Source: Betaproteobacteria bacterium (GTDB taxonomy: Bacteria; Pseudomonadota; Gammaproteobacteria; Burkholderiales; Casimicrobiaceae). From it: a stretch of DNA of 25,649 nucleotides. Under the pieces are notes generated by a model. That model searched no databases, was not told the origin of the DNA, and saw only the letters and a program-made list of their open reading frames with translations. A program made the position numbers and the translations under genes. The stretch lies in assembly GCA_005888955.1 (NCBI GenBank), contig VBCS01000073.1, positions 1-25,649 on the forward strand, read 5' to 3'. Position 1 is the first letter of the stretch; every line of letters begins with the position of its first letter. Shown here one piece after another: positions 25,313 to 25,649 of this stretch.

Positions 25313-25649
25313 ACCGTTCCGCGATCGACCTCTGGGTCGGAATCTTCGTCGCGATAGGCTTCGGGGCGATCATCTTCCTGGCGCTCAAGGTCGGCAACCT
25401 GGTGACGCTGGACTCCACGCCCGGCTACCACCTCGACGCGAGCTTCGACAACATCGGCGGGCTGAAGCTCCGCGCGCCGGTGAAAGCCGCAGGTGTCGTC
25501 GTCGGGCGGGTCGAGAAAGTCCGGCTCGACACCAAGACCTACGACGCGGTGGTGACGCTGCGCATCGACCGTCAGTACGAGTTCACCAAGGACACGATCG
25601 CGTCGATCAACACCTCCGGCCTGCTGGGGGAGGTGTATATCGGGCTCGA
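25309..25649 (+). CDS. mlaD: MCE-domain protein MlaD, N-terminal part (runs off the right edge)
   Basis: ATG 25309 (ATGA overlap) gives MNRSAIDLWVGIFV…FDNIGGLKLRAPVKAAGVVVGRV…TSGLLGEVYIGL. Not in the ORF track. Confidence 0.93.
   Translation, partial: MNRSAIDLWVGIFVAIGFGAIIFLALKVGNLVTLDSTPGYHLDASFDNIGGLKLRAPVKAAGVVVGRVEKVRLDTKTYDAVVTLRIDRQYEFTKDTIASINTSGLLGEVYIGL

Overview
High-GC core-chromosome window; gene content and order (kdsD-kdsC-lptCAB-rpoN-hpf-ptsN-hprK-rapZ, with hprK present) point to a betaproteobacterium (inference). Left 6.6 kb: C-terminus of a DUF4019 protein, a YdjG-like double zinc-ribbon membrane protein, an SDR, an unannotated GOLD-like lipoprotein coupled to a RimJ-type GNAT, fpr, an exported FKBP PPIase and a large PilZ-like protein. 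From 21509 down to 6653 there are 20 co-directional minus-strand genes: kdsD, kdsC, lptC, lptA, lptB, rpoN, hpf, ptsN, hprK, rapZ, ubiX, LON-N protein, yebC, ruvC, ruvA, ruvB, ybgC, tolQ, tolR, tolA. tolB and pal do not follow tolA. The right end has a CPA2/Kef K+/H+ antiporter and mlaF, mlaE and partial mlaD. I found no rRNA, tRNA, CRISPR array, transposase or phage gene, and I cannot support a new multi-gene system from the proteins alone. The most unusual signals are non-coding. Every spacer from hpf to yebC holds a different hairpin element: two REP/REPIN families, a GTAG hairpin, a TA-flanked MITE-like repeat and a four-hairpin array with paralogous, compensated stems. Several of these overlap or abut stop codons, and one overlaps a probable leaderless promoter. 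Other leads are a low-GC patch inside the FKBP gene, a PilZ-like protein with split c-di-GMP motifs where tolB-pal would be expected, and the GOLD-like lipoprotein. Family assignments come from motif recognition, not database searches, and counts were done by hand.
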